A stretch of DNA of 64,000 nt, from positions 50,938-114,937 of the forward strand of contig OZ246416.1 of the NCBI GenBank assembly GCA_965231095.1. The letters are read 5' to 3'. The DNA is from an uncultured Gammaproteobacteria bacterium (GTDB lineage Bacteria > Patescibacteriota > Patescibacteriia > XYB2-FULL-38-15). The notes beneath the pieces are model-generated. The model did not search any database, was not told the origin of the DNA, and saw nothing but the letters and a program-made list of their open reading frames with translations. Made by a program: the position numbers and the translations under genes. Of this stretch, positions 39,502 to 51,069 are shown in pieces (positions within the stretch are counted from its first letter, which is position 1; each line of letters opens with the position of its first letter).

Positions 39502-40047
39502 TTATATTTTTTTAACTTGTAAAAAATCCAGTTCTACCGGAGTTTCGCGGCCAAACATACTCACTAATACTTTAACTTTTCCGCGAGCTTCGTCAATCGC
39601 CGAAATTTTTCCTTCAAAGCCCTTAAACGGCCCGTCATTAATTTTAACCGGCGCGCCGACCGTGACATCAATTTTATATTGCGGTTCTTCTTCACCCATT
39701 CTTTTTTGTAAAACTTTTATTTCCGCTTCGGAAAGGGGAGTCGGGATTGTGCCCGTGCCGATAAAACCGGTGACATTCGGCGTATTTCGGACAACATACC
39801 ACGAATCATCAGTGACAAGCATTTCCACTAAAACATATCCCGGAAAAATTTTTTCAATGACTGTCCGGCGTTTGCCGTTTTTTATTTTTATCTTTTTTTC
39901 GGTGGGAATCAAGACATTGAAAATTTTGTCCTGCATTGCCATTGATTCAATTCTTTGTTTTAAATTGTGGGCGACATTTTCTTCATAACCGGAATAAGTG
40001 TGAATCGCGTACCAGAGCCGGCCTCTTTGGGCTATTTGTTTAGGCAT
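39502..40047 (-). CDS. nusG: Transcription factor NusG
   Basis: WYAIHTYSGYE, FPGYVLV, VRNTPNVTGF, KOW domain, FGRETPVEL. Confidence 0.98.
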   Translation of the reverse strand: MPKQIAQRGRLWYAIHTYSGYEENVAHNLKQRIESMAMQDKIFNVLIPTEKKIKIKNGKRRTVIEKIFPGYVLVEMLVTDDSWYVVRNTPNVTGFIGTGTIPTPLSEAEIKVLQKRMGEEEPQYKIDVTVGAPVKINDGPFKGFEGKISAIDEARGKVKVLVSMFGRETPVELDFLQVKKI

Positions 40048-40094
40048 AAATAAAATTCAAAAGTCAAAATTCAAAAGTCAAAAGTTTTGTAAAA

Positions 40095-40295
40095 TTACTT
40101 TATATATTTTTCCAAGAGCCAAGTAAAAAGAAAATCAAGCGCTCCAAGAAAAACAGCCACGCCCAAACTTATGCCGATCACGGCCAGAGTGTGGTTTGTG
40201 GTTTCGCGTCTTGTCGGCCAGACAACTTTCTTTAATTCCCGATAAGAATCGCGAAAGTAGTTTGTTAATTTGTTGTTGGGAATGGATAGTTGCAT
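40095..40295 (-). CDS. secE: Preprotein translocase SecE
   Basis: ELKKVVWPTR, single TM, upstream of nusG. Confidence 0.93.
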   Translation of the reverse strand: MQLSIPNNKLTNYFRDSYRELKKVVWPTRRETTNHTLAVIGISLGVAVFLGALDFLFTWLLEKYIK

Positions 40296-40448
40296 GTTTT
40301 TATGTATTTTAAGCGGTTTTTAGCAAAATTTATGGTATTTAAAACAGCCCTGGGGGCTATTTAAATAAAGTATAGCACAGGGTGGAAAAAGCGCAAGGGC
40401 TGGGGGGTGATATAAATAAAAATGCGCCAAATTTGATAACAATTTTAG

Positions 40449-42506
<2,058 letters not shown>

Positions 42507-42717
42507 TTAAACCTCTCCGCCCACGGCGGAAAATGAGGTGAAATTGGCTAATATTTATTAAGTTATTATAGCATAGATTATTTTGTAAAACAAGGGTTTA
42601 ATGTTTGACTTTTTATAATAAAAAAAGATAGGATAAAAGCGCTTCTCATGGCGAGAAGACCCGGGCCACGGGCAGTGGCAAATTACCTTCGGGCTTACAG
42701 TCCGGAAGGAGACAGAA

Positions 42718-43632
42718 ATGGCGAAGTATGAAAAGCTGAACCTGGGTCAGATTGAAGCGCTCGTGAACATCTTGGGTGGCATGGAGGTCGTGAAGAAGAT
42801 TCTTCGCGGGACGAAGAAGCCTCTTCCCCCGGACAAAGGCTTTCGGTCCCTTTTTGACAACTACGGCCGCCGCGTTGCGCCTCCTACGATGAGCGACAAG
42901 GGAGGAGCCGATCCGGAGGTGTGTTTGGCTCAGCCGGCGATGCATCTTCCACCGGGACCGGGAACAAGGTTCAAGGGTTTGTGCGAACGCCTTGGCTGGC
43001 AGAACCAGATGACTCCGGAAGAATTTCGCGCGCGGGTGGACAAGGCGGTAGAGAAGATCAACTTCGGCAGCATCAGAGAAGAGGTGAGGGGAATTTTGGG
43101 TGGTGTGTATCTGCCCTTTGGTCTTCCGCAGGTGACCTCCAGCGATTGCGGGGAGATCCTTGACGAACTCGGCTTGATCAATGCGGTTGAGCGTGTTTTC
43201 AAGGAAAGATTTCCCGAGGGGCAGTTTTTCGGACAAGAAAAATCCCTGAAGGGAGGCTTCCGCTTGATCGAAGGAAGTCGCCACGAGCGATTTTTGGAGG
43301 CCTTGACAAAGGAGCCGGTCGTTGCCATCTACTTCCCATTGGCGCTCCAAGGGTATTTGCCCGATAAGGCCGTCGAGCAGATGGAGAGCCTGCCGGAAGA
43401 GTTTCTGCTTTCCGGTGTGGTTGATACAGCGGCGGCGATCATGATGTATCCGGAAGTTCTACTTCGGGACACCTGCGTGCCGCAGCTCGGATGTTCGGCA
43501 GTGAAGCGCTGGGTGACCGGAGTTTCCTCATTCGATGTCAGTGACGGCAGCGACAAGATCACGCTCGCCTTCGGGGGGTGCCAGATCTTTGGGCGCGGCA
43601 AGTTTACTTCCGGCCTCACCGTCATCGCGTAG
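42718..43632 (+). CDS. Hypothetical protein in a GC-rich cassette; possible CLec-fold/DGR-type variable C-terminus
   Basis: 304 aa; N-terminal GQIEALVN.LGG motif; GGAAGGAG SD; TTGACT-18-TAGGAT promoter at 42605-42634. Confidence 0.8.
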   Translation: MAKYEKLNLGQIEALVNILGGMEVVKKILRGTKKPLPPDKGFRSLFDNYGRRVAPPTMSDKGGADPEVCLAQPAMHLPPGPGTRFKGLCERLGWQNQMTPEEFRARVDKAVEKINFGSIREEVRGILGGVYLPFGLPQVTSSDCGEILDELGLINAVERVFKERFPEGQFFGQEKSLKGGFRLIEGSRHERFLEALTKEPVVAIYFPLALQGYLPDKAVEQMESLPEEFLLSGVVDTAAAIMMYPEVLLRDTCVPQLGCSAVKRWVTGVSSFDVSDGSDKITLAFGGCQIFGRGKFTSGLTVIA

Positions 43633-43695
43633 TGCAGAGTCGTTGTGCCTTGAGTTAAACCCGATAAGGGTTTGATTCTTGGACGCTAGTCGTCT

Positions 43696-43725
43696 GAGCG
43701 GATCCCGTGCGGTCCGCTCTTTTTT
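43696..43725 (+). terminator. Intrinsic terminator
   Basis: GAGCGGAT...GTCCGCTC followed by a T run. Confidence 0.8.
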
Positions 43726-43783
43726 ATATTCGCCCAGATTTCATTTTTTTGGTATAATATAAATGTAATTAAAATTATTTTTT

Positions 43784-44653
43784 ATGGCAGTAGGAGTTGA
43801 GGGCCGAATGGCCGCACAATTGGACCGTGAACGGGTTTGGGGCTTTACTGATGATGAGAAATTTAACCGTGAGATTGCGCGGCCATGGAAAGACTCCGCT
43901 TTTAATCCGGAAGATTTTGTCGGCCGGCCGTACGCGCGCGCGGAAATTGCCGCGGATTTAGAGAGAGTTTCGGAAATAAAAAAATCTCCGGAGTTTGTGC
44001 ACGAACGAAGGAGCGAGGCGGTTGCTCTGGAATATGTTTTGATGGAAGGAATAAAAGTTCATGGTTGGTTTGGGGACAACGTGGAGTCGGTTCAAAAAAC
44101 TTCAGAATACGACGATGTGATGAATGGCGCGGATTTTGTCGTGACATTTCACGATGAGGATACGGATAGATTTATCCATTTGGCAGTTGATGCTACGACT
44201 TCTTCGGACGAAATGGTTCTTTGGCGTAAGGCGGAAAAAAATTTTGAAAAATTGGCCGGAGGGAAAATGGCAAAAATAAAATATTTTGAAGATCCGGATG
44301 AAACAGCGGGCGAGGTTCAAATGCCGCGAGTTGTTTTGGCCTTAAGCCCGGAAAAAACCGTGGCGTTACAAAAATTAATGTCCAATCCCAAAAACGCGGT
44401 AGGGGACGCGGCGGAAAAATATGAGTTTCTCGCTTCAGTGGAAAATCAATTATTAAAATTTATAAATTATATTTTGATTCGCGGAAAATTTCTCGGTGAA
44501 GGAAGAGACCTTAAAAGTTACGGCGAAGTTTTGGAGTTTATGTCGCGCCATGATGGAGATTTGGATGAAAAAACAAAAAATTTAATTTCAGCGCACATGG
44601 ATGTCTTGCAGTTTGTGTATGCCTCCGCGCCAAGACCGAAATCCTTGCATTAA
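43784..44653 (+). CDS. Hypothetical protein, possible PD-(D/E)xK-like fold
   Basis: 289 aa; E...EYDD..NG.D.V.....LAVDAT acidic motif. Confidence 0.75.
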   Translation: MAVGVEGRMAAQLDRERVWGFTDDEKFNREIARPWKDSAFNPEDFVGRPYARAEIAADLERVSEIKKSPEFVHERRSEAVALEYVLMEGIKVHGWFGDNVESVQKTSEYDDVMNGADFVVTFHDEDTDRFIHLAVDATTSSDEMVLWRKAEKNFEKLAGGKMAKIKYFEDPDETAGEVQMPRVVLALSPEKTVALQKLMSNPKNAVGDAAEKYEFLASVENQLLKFINYILIRGKFLGEGRDLKSYGEVLEFMSRHDGDLDEKTKNLISAHMDVLQFVYASAPRPKSLH

Positions 44654-44670
44654 ATTAATCATACAAAAAT

Positions 44671-45537
44671 ATGGACAACCAAAATCAGCCGGCGGATTTT
44701 ACCGAAAGCCAATTAAAAGTCGCTTCATGGTATGTCTCCCATAAAATTTTGTTGAAGAAAATTTTTATAGGTTTTTTGATTTTTTTGTGCGCGATTTTTT
44801 GGGGATTTGGGCTTTATGGTTTGATAAATTATTATTTTATTGAAGGTCCGAGTTTTAATTTGGCGATCAGAGAATTGAGCCGCGGAACGGATTATTCCAT
44901 TATCAATCAAAAAATTCAGCCAAAAGGCTTAGATATTGGAACAACGACAATTTTTTCTTCGGGAAAGGGGAGATATGATTTTGTGGGAAAGATTTTTAAT
45001 TCCTCCGCCGATTGGCGCGCGGAATTTACTTATGATTTTTTAGTGGATGGGGTGGCGCGAGCGGGGAAGAGCGGATTTATTTTGCCCGGCGAGGAAAAAT
45101 ATATTTTTGAACTTGGCGTGGAGGCGCCGGCAAAACCGCGTTCCGCGACTTTAGAAATTAAAGAGATAAAATGGCAGAGAATTGACGCCCACGAAATTTC
45201 CGATTACGCCGCCTGGCAGGACGAGCGCTTGAATTTTCCCGTGGCCGACGTGAAATTTACTCCGGCGGCGGTCGGAGAAAATATTCCGATAAGCCGAGCG
45301 TCTTTTACGGCGCGAAACGCGACAGCTTTCAGTTTTTGGGATGTGGGTTTTGCTATTTTTCTTTATCGCGGAAGTTCGGTTGCCAGCGTAAATTACGTGA
45401 CACTTGAGGAATTTCGTTCTGGACAAACCCGCCCGGTTGAAGTAAGTTGGTTTGAAACATTGCCAAGCATTACGCAAGTAAAAGTCGTACCGGAAGTGAA
45501 TATTTTTGATCCAAAAGTTTTCATGCCGGTGAATTAA
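44671..45537 (+). CDS. Membrane-anchored hypothetical protein with beta-rich extracellular domains
   Basis: N-terminal TM; FILPGEEKY motif. Confidence 0.75.
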   Translation: MDNQNQPADFTESQLKVASWYVSHKILLKKIFIGFLIFLCAIFWGFGLYGLINYYFIEGPSFNLAIRELSRGTDYSIINQKIQPKGLDIGTTTIFSSGKGRYDFVGKIFNSSADWRAEFTYDFLVDGVARAGKSGFILPGEEKYIFELGVEAPAKPRSATLEIKEIKWQRIDAHEISDYAAWQDERLNFPVADVKFTPAAVGENIPISRASFTARNATAFSFWDVGFAIFLYRGSSVASVNYVTLEEFRSGQTRPVEVSWFETLPSITQVKVVPEVNIFDPKVFMPVN

Positions 45538-45539
45538 TT

Positions 45540-45618
45540 TAAAAGTCAAAGGTCAAAAATCAAAGGTCAAAAATTAAAGTCGAAATCCGAAATTTTGTCT
45601 TTTGAATTTTGACTTTTT
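45540..45618. repeat. Heptamer array (AA(A/G)(G/A)TCA) with an inverted partner
   Basis: AAAGTCA AAGGTCA AAAATCA AAGGTCA ... TTTTGAATTTTGACTTTT. Confidence 0.75.
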
Positions 45619-45621
45619 GTT

Positions 45622-46716
45622 ATGCTCTCAAAATATTTTTCATTTTTAAAACGTTTTGACTGGGTGCTCGTCGTTGCAGTTTTTTTGCTTTTGGTTTTAA
45701 GTTTGGTCGCGCTCTACAGCGTTTCTTTAAGCAAAACAAATCCTGATTTTTTAAATTTGAAAAAGCAGATGATTTTCATTTTGGTCGGGTTGGTCGGATT
45801 TTTCGCCTTGTGCGCCATTGATTACAAGTGGTTGAAGTTTTACAGCATTCCCATTTATGGTTTGGCCGCCGCGCTCCTCCTCGCCGTTTTGATTTTTGGC
45901 CGGGTTATTCGCGGAACTCAAGGATGGTTTGGATTTGGGTGGTTTAATTTTCAGCCGGTGGAATTTGCCAAGCTCGCGATGATTATTTTTTTGGCAAAAT
46001 ATTTTTCCCGCGGGGCGCATGAAATTTTTCGCTTTCGGCATATTATGGTTAGCGGAATTTTTTCGGCAATTTTAATTGGCCTTGTTTTACTTCAACCCGA
46101 TTTTGGTTCCGCGCTTGTGCTCTTTTTTTTGTGGCTTCTGATGTTATTTTTAATTGGAATAAAGCGATCGCATTTGGTTGTTCTTTTACTTTTAGTTGCG
46201 ACGTTTTTGGCCGGTTCGTGGCTTTTTATTTTCCAAGATTATCAGAAAGAAAGAATTTTGGGATTTTTTGATCCTTCGCGCGATCCACTCGGCCGCGGTT
46301 ACAACATTACTCAAGCGCAAATCGCCGTTGGTTCCGGCCAAATACTCGGCCGCGGAATCGGTTTTGGGCCGCAAAGCCAATTGCGTTTTGTGCCGGAAAA
46401 TCAGACGGATTTTATTTTCGCCGTTTTGGCCGAAGAACTCGGATTTTTGGGAGCGGCGTTGATTCTTGCGCTTTGGGGAATTATTTTTTGGCGGATTCTT
46501 CGGATTGCCCGGCGGGCGCGAGATGATTTCAGTTTATTTTTTGCGGCCGGGTCGGCGATTGTTTTTTTGATTCAGATTTTTATTAATATCGGAATGACGG
46601 TCGGTGTGGCGCCGGTGACGGGCATTTCTCTGCCCTTTGTAAGTTATGGGGGAAGCGCGCTAGTTGTAAATTTGGCCATGGTCGGGATTTTGGAAAGTAT
46701 CGCGGCGAGAAGTTAA
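45622..46716 (+). CDS. rodA: SEDS peptidoglycan polymerase RodA
   Basis: FQPVEFAK, LQPDFG, GY...Q..IAVGSG, PE..TDFIF, PVTGISLPFVSYGGS. Confidence 0.93.
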   Translation: MLSKYFSFLKRFDWVLVVAVFLLLVLSLVALYSVSLSKTNPDFLNLKKQMIFILVGLVGFFALCAIDYKWLKFYSIPIYGLAAALLLAVLIFGRVIRGTQGWFGFGWFNFQPVEFAKLAMIIFLAKYFSRGAHEIFRFRHIMVSGIFSAILIGLVLLQPDFGSALVLFFLWLLMLFLIGIKRSHLVVLLLLVATFLAGSWLFIFQDYQKERILGFFDPSRDPLGRGYNITQAQIAVGSGQILGRGIGFGPQSQLRFVPENQTDFIFAVLAEELGFLGAALILALWGIIFWRILRIARRARDDFSLFFAAGSAIVFLIQIFINIGMTVGVAPVTGISLPFVSYGGSALVVNLAMVGILESIAARS

Positions 46717-46812
46717 ATTGTTAGCCATTTAGCCATGGTTCATCTTGACTATTTTTATCTTTACTGCTAACATCTAATTATCGTATTTTAATTTAATTAA
46801 GCAGAGAATCTT

Positions 46813-47514
46813 ATGACCTTGAGTCTAAATGTCAAAAAACGAGAAGTGACTGGGAAGGGAGTAAAGAATCTCCGTAAGCAAAATTTGATTCCGGCCGTTA
46901 TCTATGGAAAAGACGTGCCGTCCCAAAATTTGGCTGTGGAGTATCTTCCCTTCAATAAACTTTACAGGGAAGCCGGAGAAAGTACGCTCATTGATTTAAA
47001 AGTTGATGACGCCGCGCCGGTAAAAGTTTTGGTGCAGGAAGTGCAATCGGATCCACTGACGGGAAAATTCGCGCACGTTGATTTTCGCCAAATTAAGATG
47101 ACGGAGAAACTCAAGGTGGACGCGCTCTTGAAATTTATTAATGAATCGCCGGCGGTTAAAGAACTTGGCGGAACTTTTGTCCACAGCATGGATAAAGTGG
47201 AAATTGAATGTTTACCGAGCGATTTGGTTCACGAAATTGAAGTTGATATTTCCGGGCTTAAAACTTTTGAAGACAGGATTCATATTAGAGATTTGAAAGT
47301 TTCTTCCGGTGTTAAAATTTTATCTGATATGAACGCGACGATTGCCGCGGTTGAAGCGCCTTTGACTGAAGAAGAATTGAAGGCAGAACTTGAAACGCCG
47401 GTCGTCGAGAAAGTTGAAGAAGTTGGCGTGGTGGAAAAAGAAAAGAAAGAAGGCGAAGAAGAGGCTGCTGCCGCTCCGGAAGCTCAAGGCGAGAAAAAGG
47501 AAGAGAAAAAATAA
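46813..47514 (+). CDS. rplY: 50S ribosomal protein L25 (CTC form)
   Basis: LR....IPAVIYG, Q.DP......HVDF, acidic tail. Confidence 0.95.
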   Translation: MTLSLNVKKREVTGKGVKNLRKQNLIPAVIYGKDVPSQNLAVEYLPFNKLYREAGESTLIDLKVDDAAPVKVLVQEVQSDPLTGKFAHVDFRQIKMTEKLKVDALLKFINESPAVKELGGTFVHSMDKVEIECLPSDLVHEIEVDISGLKTFEDRIHIRDLKVSSGVKILSDMNATIAAVEAPLTEEELKAELETPVVEKVEEVGVVEKEKKEGEEEAAAAPEAQGEKKEEKK

Positions 47515-47536
47515 AAAAATTATCAGAATTATTTTG

Positions 47537-48628
47537 ATGGAGAAATTATTCAAAAAAATAATTGCTTTTGTAAAGAAACAACCGTCGATCTGGCTGGTTG
47601 TTTCTTTGTTATTAATTTCAGTTTTTGTTGTGGCCGGCGGAGGTTATCTACTTTTATCCCGAACTTCTTTTTTGGATTTTTTTTCACGGGCGGGAGCCGA
47701 GCAGAGAAATGAAGAAAACGAAACAGCGCCAGCCGCGGAATTTCGCCGGTTGATTGACGGGGTGAAAGTTGACGACGAAGCAAAAATAAATCCCGCGCTT
47801 TTTGCCGTGCAGATTGAAAATATGGTCGACGCTCGTCCGCTCTCGGGGGTGTCTCGCGCAAATTTAGTTTATGAAACTTTGGCCGAGGCCGGGATCACAA
47901 GATTTCTCGCGATTTATGCCGCAGACAGCGATGTTTCGGAAATCGGACCGGTTCGAAGCGCCCGGCCGTATTTTCTGGATTGGGTTTCTGAATTTGGCGC
48001 GCTCTACGCCCATTCCGGCGGCAGTCCGGAAGCGCTGCGCTTGATTCCCCAGTACGATATTTTGGATTTGAACGAATTTGCTTACGGAAGATTTTTTTGG
48101 CGAGCAAAGTCAAGATATATGCCGCATAATCTTTACACTTCAACTGAATTGCTGAACGAAGCTTTTGCGGCAAAAGAAGGCGAGATAAAAAATTTTCGCG
48201 GCTGGCAGTTTAAAGATGAAGCCTTATTGGAGGCGCGCCCGGAAGAAGAGAAAAGAATTAAAATTTATTTTTCCACAAAAACCTACGAAGCTGGATGGCA
48301 GTATAGTCGCGAGACAAATGATTATTTGAGATATCAAGCTGGATTGATCCAGCAAGACAGAGATGGCGGCGAAGTTCGGGCAAAAAATATTGTAGTGCAG
48401 TTTACGCGCGTGGTGGTTTTGGATGAAATTGGGAGAAAAGATATTGATACAGTTGGAGGGGGCGAGGCAATTGTTTTTCAGGATGGAGTCCGGATTGAAG
48501 GAACTTGGAAAAAAGAGGCGCGCGGGGAGCGGACAAGTTTTTATGATACAGTCGGAGTAGAAATAAAATTCAACCCAGGAGTGACTTGGGTTGAAGTGGT
48601 GCCAAACGGAACGGAAATTGAATTTTAA
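47537..48628 (+). CDS. DUF3048-domain protein
   Basis: IENMVDARP.SG...A..VYE...E.GITRF, GPVRSARPY, PHNLY; start at ATG 47537. Confidence 0.88.
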   Translation: MEKLFKKIIAFVKKQPSIWLVVSLLLISVFVVAGGGYLLLSRTSFLDFFSRAGAEQRNEENETAPAAEFRRLIDGVKVDDEAKINPALFAVQIENMVDARPLSGVSRANLVYETLAEAGITRFLAIYAADSDVSEIGPVRSARPYFLDWVSEFGALYAHSGGSPEALRLIPQYDILDLNEFAYGRFFWRAKSRYMPHNLYTSTELLNEAFAAKEGEIKNFRGWQFKDEALLEARPEEEKRIKIYFSTKTYEAGWQYSRETNDYLRYQAGLIQQDRDGGEVRAKNIVVQFTRVVVLDEIGRKDIDTVGGGEAIVFQDGVRIEGTWKKEARGERTSFYDTVGVEIKFNPGVTWVEVVPNGTEIEF

Positions 48629-48679
48629 TTTTATATTTTAAAAATAACCAAACGATCTCGGCCGGCGAGGTCTTTTTTT

Positions 48680-48709
48680 ACCCTCACACCAATGCATTGG
48701 TGTGAGGGT
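48680..48709. repeat. Perfect 30-bp palindrome, CACACCAAT family
   Basis: ACCCTCACACCAATG|CATTGGTGTGAGGGT. Confidence 0.8.
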
Positions 48710-48738
48710 TTATTTCTCTTTGGGCTGGGGGTATAATT

Positions 48739-49623
48739 TTAAATTTCAAAAATAGCAATTCTATTTCTTCCCGAAAGATCTTGTTTAATCTTAATTTTTG
48801 CGGAAGGGAAGCGGCGTTTGATTAATTTTGTGATGGATTTTTTTTGAGAAGGGTCGATTTCAAAGATTGAAGTAATGGGTGACGAGTAATGGGTAACGAG
48901 GAATTCTATTTGTTGGAGGAGCTCGCGGTAATAATTTAAGCCATCGGTACCGCCGTCAAGCGCCGTTCGTGGTTCGTATTTTTTTATTTCCGGCTGGGTT
49001 TTTTGCCATTGGCGGGTTGTGAGATACGGAAGGTTGGCGACAATTAATAAATTTTCAATTTTCAATTTACAATTTTCAATTTTGCGAATTACAGGTTTTA
49101 GTAAGTCGCCATGGATTAGGGTGACGGCCGCCTCGTGGTGTTTAATATTTTTTCTTGCCACCTCCATGGCGCCGGAGGAAATTTCCGTGGCGAAGATTTT
49201 GGCATTGGGCAGACGGCGGGCAAGTGCGATGGCGATGGCCCCGCTTCCGGTTCCGACATCGACGATTGATGTATCTTGTATCTTGTATTTTGTATTTTGT
49301 ATTTTTCTCAAAACTTCCTCCACTAAAATTTCCGTTTCGGGGCGGGGGATTAAAACATTTTTGTTTACAAAAAAATCCAGGCCAAAAAATTCTTTGAGGC
49401 CAGTGATGTAGGCGATTGGTTCATGTTTGGCGCGGCGGGCGATAAGTTTTTTAAATTTTAACAATTGTGCCGCCGTCAATTTTTTTTCAGAATGCGCGTA
49501 TAAAAATTCTCGCGGTTTTTTTATGACAAAAGATAAAAGAATCTCGGCGTCCAAAGACGGGGAGAGAGTTTTTGATTTTTTTAAAATTTTTATCGCCCAG
49601 ACGATGGATTGTTTGATGGTCAT
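48739..49623 (-). CDS. prmC: Release factor glutamine methyltransferase PrmC/HemK
   Basis: EPIAYI.G, LIPRPETE, DVGTGSGAI, ANLPY, EP..ALDGG.DGL. Confidence 0.95.
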   Translation of the reverse strand: MTIKQSIVWAIKILKKSKTLSPSLDAEILLSFVIKKPREFLYAHSEKKLTAAQLLKFKKLIARRAKHEPIAYITGLKEFFGLDFFVNKNVLIPRPETEILVEEVLRKIQNTKYKIQDTSIVDVGTGSGAIAIALARRLPNAKIFATEISSGAMEVARKNIKHHEAAVTLIHGDLLKPVIRKIENCKLKIENLLIVANLPYLTTRQWQKTQPEIKKYEPRTALDGGTDGLNYYRELLQQIEFLVTHYSSPITSIFEIDPSQKKSITKLIKRRFPSAKIKIKQDLSGRNRIAIFEI

Positions 49624-49706
49624 ATAAATATTTAAATATTATAACATAAAAAATCACCCGAGCGTTGCGTGCGATTGGGCGCGCAAAACTCGGGTGTGAC
49701 GGTCGG

Positions 49707-50297
49707 TTACGGGGAAGTGATGTCCTTCGTCCCGTCGTAGGGATCGCCGGAGTCGGCGGAATCGTCGGCGGGCGGCGCAGCGGGCGAGACGACCTCGACT
49801 TCCTCCTCGATGTCCTCGGCCACCACGACCGTGGTTTCCGGCGCGTCTTCGAGGATCTCGACCATCTTCATCGCCTGGCGCACACAGGCCGACAGCTCGG
49901 CGGTGGAGAAGGCGTAGGAGAGTTGTTCGAAGGTAACCCGGCGTCCTGGTTCCGTGTCCTTCGACATCCAGTGTTCGATCAGCTTGGCGAGATCATCGTC
50001 GGAGACGCGTTTCAGGATCTCCTCGATCGCGGATTTTGCGCCGTTCTCGATACCGCCGAGCATCGCCTGGCGCATGATGGGCACGGTGTCTTTCTTGTCA
50101 CCGGGCCAGATCCCGAGTAGATCGCCAACGATCTTCTCGAAGGTGTGCACTTGGGCAATGTGAGCCAGGCCGCTGGCCCGGCTCAAATTGATGTGGTGCA
50201 AGATGATCCAGATGTTCAGGACGCCGAGATCCACGAAGTGCTGGAGCATCGCCGCTAGCGTCAACTTCTTGTCTCTTTCCTTCTTGGATTCCGCCAT
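49707..50297 (-). CDS. Orphan helical protein with acidic C-terminal tail (GC-rich cassette)
   Basis: 196 aa from ATG 50297; TTGACA at 50364-50369 (minus); TCAC(A)CCGAG...CTCGGGTGA-T6 terminator downstream. Confidence 0.7.
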   Translation of the reverse strand: MAESKKERDKKLTLAAMLQHFVDLGVLNIWIILHHINLSRASGLAHIAQVHTFEKIVGDLLGIWPGDKKDTVPIMRQAMLGGIENGAKSAIEEILKRVSDDDLAKLIEHWMSKDTEPGRRVTFEQLSYAFSTAELSACVRQAMKMVEILEDAPETTVVVAEDIEEEVEVVSPAAPPADDSADSGDPYDGTKDITSP

Positions 50298-50372
50298 TGT
50301 CTTCCACTCGCTCCGATTAATCGGAGTCCTTTCTATCCGCACCTTAGTTTAAAAAATAAAATTTGTCAAGAT

Positions 50373-50605
50373 AAAAAAAGAGCCCGTGGATTGCTTGGAG
50401 TTGGGGCACGGGACGTGTCTCCAAAGCAATCCACGGGCTGGGTGATGCCCAGCGGGTGCCGTGAGGCTGGCCGGCTGGGCTCAGTCGCGTGACCCGCCCG
50501 GGGGGTAGGAGGGCACCGGGGAGCCGACGCGAGCTTGGGGAACGGAGAGTTCTCGAGCGAACTCGCAAACTCTCACGTTATTGGTGGGTAAGTTACAGGC
50601 GGGTC
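50373..50605 (-). ncRNA. Putative structured RNA / long 3' UTR
   Basis: Consecutive GC-rich hairpins including a UUCG tetraloop (50545-50574) and a ~20-bp terminal stem (50381-50439) followed by U7. Confidence 0.5.
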
Positions 50606-50608
50606 TTG

Positions 50609-50881
50609 TCAGGGTCGGGGGCAGTTCCGGACGACATGCATTCGCTTGCGCCTGGCGCGGGCGACGCCGTCCGTGTACTTCTTGCCCTTGCGTTCGGCGA
50701 AAGTGTGCATCGAGCAGTAGTGCCCGGTATTCCCGCTACGGAGAATCGTTCCACAGTCGGGTTCCTGGCATCGCCGCGGCTTGCCATCGTCGGTGCTCCG
50801 ACCGCTGTCGTGCACGTCGCCGAGCGAATTGGCGCCGACCGTGCCGGTACCCTGATCCATTCCGAGCGCGCTCCAGTCCAT
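50609..50881 (-). CDS. Small basic Cys/His (zinc-finger-like) protein
   Basis: 90 aa; C-x4-C...C-x2-H; Arg/Lys-rich tail; GAGGAGGAGG SD. Confidence 0.7.
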   Translation of the reverse strand: MDWSALGMDQGTGTVGANSLGDVHDSGRSTDDGKPRRCQEPDCGTILRSGNTGHYCSMHTFAERKGKKYTDGVARARRKRMHVVRNCPRP

Positions 50882-51004
50882 CCTTCCTCCTCCTCAACCT
50901 TCCCTATTATCAACTCGTCCTGTCCACCAGGCCGAGGCTTAGGGCCACCTTCCTTGCGTTTTGACGCGTGCCAATAACGCAAGGCCACCCTGTTTGTTGA
51001 TTTT

Positions 51005-51065
51005 AGAATATAATAAAAAGCTTAATTTGTCAACCCCTTGACAAATTTTAAGATTGTGGTAGAGT
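51005..51065. promoter_or_regulatory. Back-to-back divergent sigma70-like promoters
   Basis: Minus: TTGACA(51028-33)-17-TATTCT. Plus: TTGACA(51038-43)-16-TAGAGT with an extended TG. Confidence 0.7.
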
Positions 51066-51069
51066 GTTC

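Noticed and set aside
42698-42715. CAGTCCGGAAGGAGACAG resembles SRP RNA helix 8 (CAGGUCCGGAAGGAAGCAG)
   Set aside because: The CAGG/AGCAG internal loop and the long flanking helix are missing; the sequence is explained as an SD inside a leader hairpin.
42646-43350. 234-aa minus-strand ORF
   Set aside because: Antisense shadow of the 304-aa plus-strand gene, which has promoter, SD and terminator.
49665-50988. Long overlapping alternative ORFs (151, 162, 127, 131 and 74 aa)
   Set aside because: They lack SD and promoter support and are rich in Arg/Gly/Pro/Ala, as expected for shadow frames of GC-rich DNA.
50885-50995. c-di-GMP-I riboswitch resemblance (AAGCCTCGGCCT) in the zinc-finger leader
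   Set aside because: No GGCAAA start, GNRA-capped P2 or tetraloop receptor; the match is only partial.
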